NCBI GenBank assembly: GCA_964016885.1
Contig: OZ024743.1
Location: 130,572,001-130,636,000 of the forward strand
Source of the DNA: Eledone cirrhosa
Lineage: Eukaryota
DNA: 64,000 bases
Direction of reading: 5' to 3'
Shown here: positions 60,661-64,000 of the stretch, piece after piece
How the letters are laid out: each line of letters opens with the position of its first letter
Numbering within the stretch: position 1 is the stretch's first letter
Made by a program: the position numbers and the translations under genes
The notes under the pieces: generated by a model
Database searches by the model: none
Seen by the model: only the letters and a program-made list of their open reading frames with translations
What the model was told of the DNA's origin: nothing

Positions 60661-63600
60661 TTTGGTGCTTGGTGCATGGTGTTTGGTGCTTGGTGCTTGG
60701 TGTTTGGTGCTTGGTGCTTTGTGTTTGGTGCTTGGTGTTTGGTGCTTGGTGCTTGGTGCTTGGTGCTTGGTGTTAGGTGTTTGGTGCTTGGTGATTGGTG
60801 TTTGATGTTAGGTTCTTGGTGCTTGGTGTTTGGTGTTTGGTGCTTGGTGCTTGGTGTTTGGTGTTTGGTGCTTGCTGCTTGGTGCTTGGTGTTTTGTGTT
60901 TGGAGTTTGGTGCTTGGTGTTTGGTGCTTGGTGCTTGGTGTTTGGTGTTTGGTGCCTGGTGCTTGGTGTTTGGTGCTTGGTGTTTGGTGATTGGTGCTTG
61001 GTGTTTGGTGCTTGGTGCATGGTGCTTGGTGCTTGGTGTTAGGCGTTTGGTGCTTGGTGCTTGGTGTTTGATGTTTGGTCCTTGGTGCTTGGTGTTTGGT
61101 ATTTGGTGCTTGGTGCTTGGTGTTTGGTGTTTGGTGCTTGCTGCTTGCTGCTTGGTGTTTGGTGCTAGGGGCTTGGTGCTTGGTGTTTGATGTTTGGTCC
61201 TTGGTGCTTGGTGTTTGGTATTTGGTGCTTGGTGCTTGGTGTTTGGTGTTTGGTGCTTGCTGCTTGCTGCTTGGTGTTTGGTGCTAGGGGCTTGGTGTTT
61301 GGTGCTTGGTGTTTGGTGCTTGGTGTTTGGTGCTTGGTGCCTGGTGCTTGGTGTTTGGTGTTTGGTGCTTGGTGTTTGGTGCTTGGTGTTTGGTACTTGG
61401 TGTTCGGTGCTTGGTGCTTGGTGCTTGGTGTTTGGTGTTTGGTGCTTGGTGCTTGGTGCTTGGTGTTTGATGTTTGGTCCTTGGTGCTTGGTGTTTGGTG
61501 TTGTGTGCTTGGTGCTTGGTGCTTGGTGTTTGGTGCTTGGTGCTTGGTGCTTGGTGTTTGGCGTTTGCTGTTTGCTGTTTGGTGTTTGGTGTTTGCTGTT
61601 TGGTGTTTGCTGTTTGGTGTTTGGTGTTTGGTGCTTGCTGTTTGGTGCTTGGTGCTTGGTGTTTGGTGTTTGGTGCTTGGTGTTTGGTGCTTGGTGTTGG
61701 TGCTGGGTGTTTGGTGCTTGGTGCTTGGTGTTTGGTGTTTGGTGCTTGGTGCTTGGTGCTTGGTGTTTGGTCCTTGGTGCTTGGTGCTTGGTGTTTGGTG
61801 CTTGGGTTTTGGTGTTTGGTGCTTGGTGCTTGGTGTTTGGTGCTTGGTGCTTGGTGCTTGGTGCTTGGTGTTTGGTGCTTGCTGCTTGGTGCTTGGTGTT
61901 TGGTGCTTGGTGCTTGGTGATTAGTGTTTGGTGATTGGTGCTTGGGGTTTGGTGTTTGGGGCTTGGTGTTTGGTGCTTGGTGCTTGCTGTTTGGTGTTTG
62001 GTGTTTGGTTCTTGGTGCTTGGTGTTTGGTGTTTGGTGTTTGGTGCTTGGTGCTTGGTGCTTGGTGTTTGGTGCTTGGTGCTTGGTGCTTGGTGTTTGGT
62101 GCTGCGGGCTTGGTGTTTGGTGTTTGGTGCTTGGTGCCTGGTGCTTGTTGTTTGGTGTTTGGTGCTTAGTGCTTGGTGTTTGGTGTTTGGTGCTTGGTGC
62201 TTGGTGGCTGGTGTTTGGTGCTTGGTGTTTGGAGTTCGGTGCTTGGTGCTTGGTGCCTGGTGTTTCGTGCTTGGTGCTTGGTGATTGGTGTTTGGTGTTT
62301 GGTGCTTGGTGTTTGGTGTTTGGTACTTGGTGCTTGGTGCTTGGTGCTTGGTGTTTGGTGCTTGGTGTTTGATGTTATGTGCTTGGTGTTTGGTGTTTGG
62401 TGCTTGGTGCTTGGTGTTTGGTGTTTGGAGCTTGGTGCCTGGTGCTTGTTGTTTGGTGTTTGGCGCTTGGTGCTTGGTGTTTGGTGTTTGGTGCAAGGTG
62501 CTTGGTGCTTGGTATCTGGTGTTTGGTGCTTGATGTTTGGTGTTTGGTGCTTGGTGTTTGGTGCTTGGTGCTTGGTGCTTGGTGTTTGGTGCTTGGTGTT
62601 TGGTGTTTGGTGCTTGGTGCTTGGTGTTTGGCGCTTGGTGCTTGGTGCTTGGTGTTTGGTGCTTGGTGCTTGGTGCTTGGTGATTAGTGTTTGGTGCTTG
62701 GTGCTTGGTGCCTGGTGCTTGGTGCTTGGTGCTTGTTGTTTGGTGCTTGGTGCTTGGTGATTAGTGTTTGGTGCTTGGTGCTTGGGGTTTGGTGTTTGGT
62801 GCTTGGGGTTTGGTGTTTGGTGCTTGGTGCATGGTGTTTGGTGCTTGGTGCTTGGTGTTTGGTGCTTGGTGCTTTGTGTTTGGTGCTTGGTGTTTGGTGC
62901 TTGGTGCTTGGTGCTTGGTGCTTGGTGTTAGGTGTTTGGTGCTTGGTGATTGGTGTTTGATGTTAGGTTCTTGGTGCTTGGTGTTTGGTGTTTGGTGCTT
63001 GGTGCTTGGTGTTTGGTGTTTGGTGCTTGCTGCTTGGTGCTTGGTGTTTTGTGTTTGGAGTTTGGTGCTTGGTGTTTGGTGCTTGGTGCTTGGTGTTTGG
63101 TGTTTGGTGCCTGGTGCTTGGTGTTTGGTGCTTGGTGTTTGGTGTTTGGTGATTGGTGCTTGGTGTTTGGTGCTTGGTGCATGGTGCTTGGTGCTTGGTG
63201 TTAGGCGTTTGGTGCTTGGTGCTTGGTGTTTGATGTTTGGTCCTTGGTGCTTGGTGTTTGGTATTTGGTGCTTGGTGCTTGGTGTTTGGTGTTTGGTGCT
63301 TGCTGCTTGCTGCTTGGTGTTTGGTGCTAGGGGCTTGGTGCTTGGTGTTTGATGTTTGGTCCTTGGTGCTTGGTGTTTGGTATTTGGTGCTTGGTGCTTG
63401 GTGTTTGGTGTTTGGTGCTTGCTGCTTGCTGCTTGGTGTTTGGTGCTAGGGGCTTGGTGTTTGGTGCTTGGTGTTTGGTGCTTGGTGTTTGGTGCTTGGT
63501 GCCTGGTGCTTGGTGTTTGGTGTTTGGTGCTTGGTGTTTGGTGCTTGGTGTTTGGTACTTGGTGTTCGGTGCTTGGTGCTTGGTGCTTGGTGTTTGGTGT

Positions 63601-64000
63601 TTGGTGCTTGGTGCTTGGTGCTTGGTGTTTGATGTTTGGTCCTTGGTGCTTGGTGTTTGGTGTTGTGTGCTTGGTGCTTGGTGCTTGGTGTTTGGTGCTT
63701 GGTGCTTGGTGCTTGGTGTTTGGCGTTTGCTGTTTGCTGTTTGGTGTTTGGTGTTTGCTGTTTGGTGTTTGCTGTTTGGTGTTTGGTGTTTGGTGCTTGC
63801 TGTTTGGTGCTTGGTGCTTGGTGTTTGGTGTTTGGTGCTTGGTGTTTGGTGCTTGGTGTTGGTGCTGGGTGTTTGGTGCTTGGTGCTTGGTGTTTGGTGT
63901 TTGGTGCTTGGTGCTTGGTGCTTGGTGTTTGGTCCTTGGTGCTTGGTGCTTGGTGTTTGGTGCTTGGGTTTTGGTGTTTGGTGCTTGGTGCTTGGTGTTT
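57500..64000 (+). repeat. Serial copies of a 2.2-2.9-kb block (starts ~57500, ~60410, ~62590; earlier copy ~49765); last copy truncated by window end
   Basis: An identical 89-aa artefact ORF occurs at 49889, 57624, 60536 and 62691, and a 70-aa one at 50435, 58170, 61075 and 63237. Offsets are ~2912 and 2155-2162. Confidence 0.85.

Larger units (their letters stand above)
1..64000 (+). repeat. 7-bp tandem satellite array (TTGGTGY)n, ~9,140 monomers, extends beyond both window ends
   Basis: Every line parses into TTGGTGC/TTGGTGT heptamers or 1-2 substitution variants (TTGCTGY, TTGATGY, TTGGTGA, TTAGTGY, TAGGTGY, TTGGGGY, CTGGTGY, TTCGTGY, TTGGTCC). All three + frames give the same 7-aa repeat, as expected for a 7-bp period. 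Confidence 0.99.
28790..64000 (+). repeat. Right satellite sub-family domain
   Basis: Diagnostic variants seen only here: GGTATCTGG (first ~28793), CTTGCGGTTTGG (first ~29000), GATGTTAGGTTC (first ~32866, recurring to ~62960). Indels are almost absent. Confidence 0.75.

Noticed and set aside
15-63449. Hundreds of + strand ORFs encoding (LVLGAWC/LVFGVWC)n hydrophobic peptides, up to 471 aa
   Set aside because: The consensus has no A, so stops arise only from rare variants. All three frames give the same peptide, the starts are mostly TTG/GTG within the repeat, and stops and frameshifts are tolerated freely. There is no sign of coding constraint.
240-63510. Recurrent CCTGG (CCWGG) sites and occasional CpG-containing variants as regulatory or methylation signals
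   Set aside because: They are explained by single T->C or G->C changes in the monomer that were amplified by duplication. The sequence gives no evidence of function.
1-64000. CRISPR-like array (recurring motifs separated by variable sequence)
   Set aside because: There are no unique spacers, no constant 23-50 bp repeat with regular spacing and no cas genes. The intervening sequence is the same heptamer.
1-64000. Canonical telomere tract
   Set aside because: The monomer is not TTAGGG, TTTAGGG or TTAGG. The occasional TTAGG and TTGGGG strings are single-substitution variants in heptamer register.
1-64000. Bacterial short tandem heptamer repeats (cyanobacterial STRR-like) or a contingency locus
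   Set aside because: Those arrays are typically tens to hundreds of bp and lie between or within genes. Here 64 kb contains no gene.
1-64000. Sequencing or basecalling artefact, or synthetic low-complexity sequence
   Set aside because: Rare variants recur in the same order in nested copies, and their indel arithmetic is self-consistent, as expected from real descent. Individual large duplications still need read validation.
1-64000. Embedded transposon, tRNA/rRNA, inverted segment or hairpin/terminator
   Set aside because: I saw no break in the heptamer pattern and no RCACCAA tract on the + strand. An almost A-free strand cannot form long Watson-Crick inverted repeats.

Overview
All 64 kb is one uninterrupted, single-polarity 7-bp tandem satellite with consensus TTGGTGY (TTGGTGC/TTGGTGT; minus strand RCACCAA), about 9,140 monomers running off both window edges. 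I found no unique sequence, credible gene, RNA gene, transposon or inversion. Every ORF in the track (LVLGAWC/LVFGVWC or KHQAPST/KHQTPNT repeats) is a translation artefact of the heptamer. The information lies in the variant monomers, which act as barcodes and reveal a nested history of duplications from 70 bp to 8.65 kb. The main events are a 5.2-kb tandem pair (4.26-14.7 kb), a 1.95-kb pair (16.0-19.9 kb), ~3.3-kb pairs, and an 8.65-kb pair with a later 917-bp deletion (44.3-60.7 kb). The array divides into two sub-family domains with a transition at ~26-30 kb. The left domain has about 30 six-bp monomers, while the right keeps exact 7-bp register over 25 kb. The simplest reading is eukaryote-type heterochromatic satellite (centromeric, pericentromeric or subtelomeric). 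Organism and function cannot be determined from this window. Offsets and counts were derived by eye from the sequence and ORF track and need alignment to confirm.
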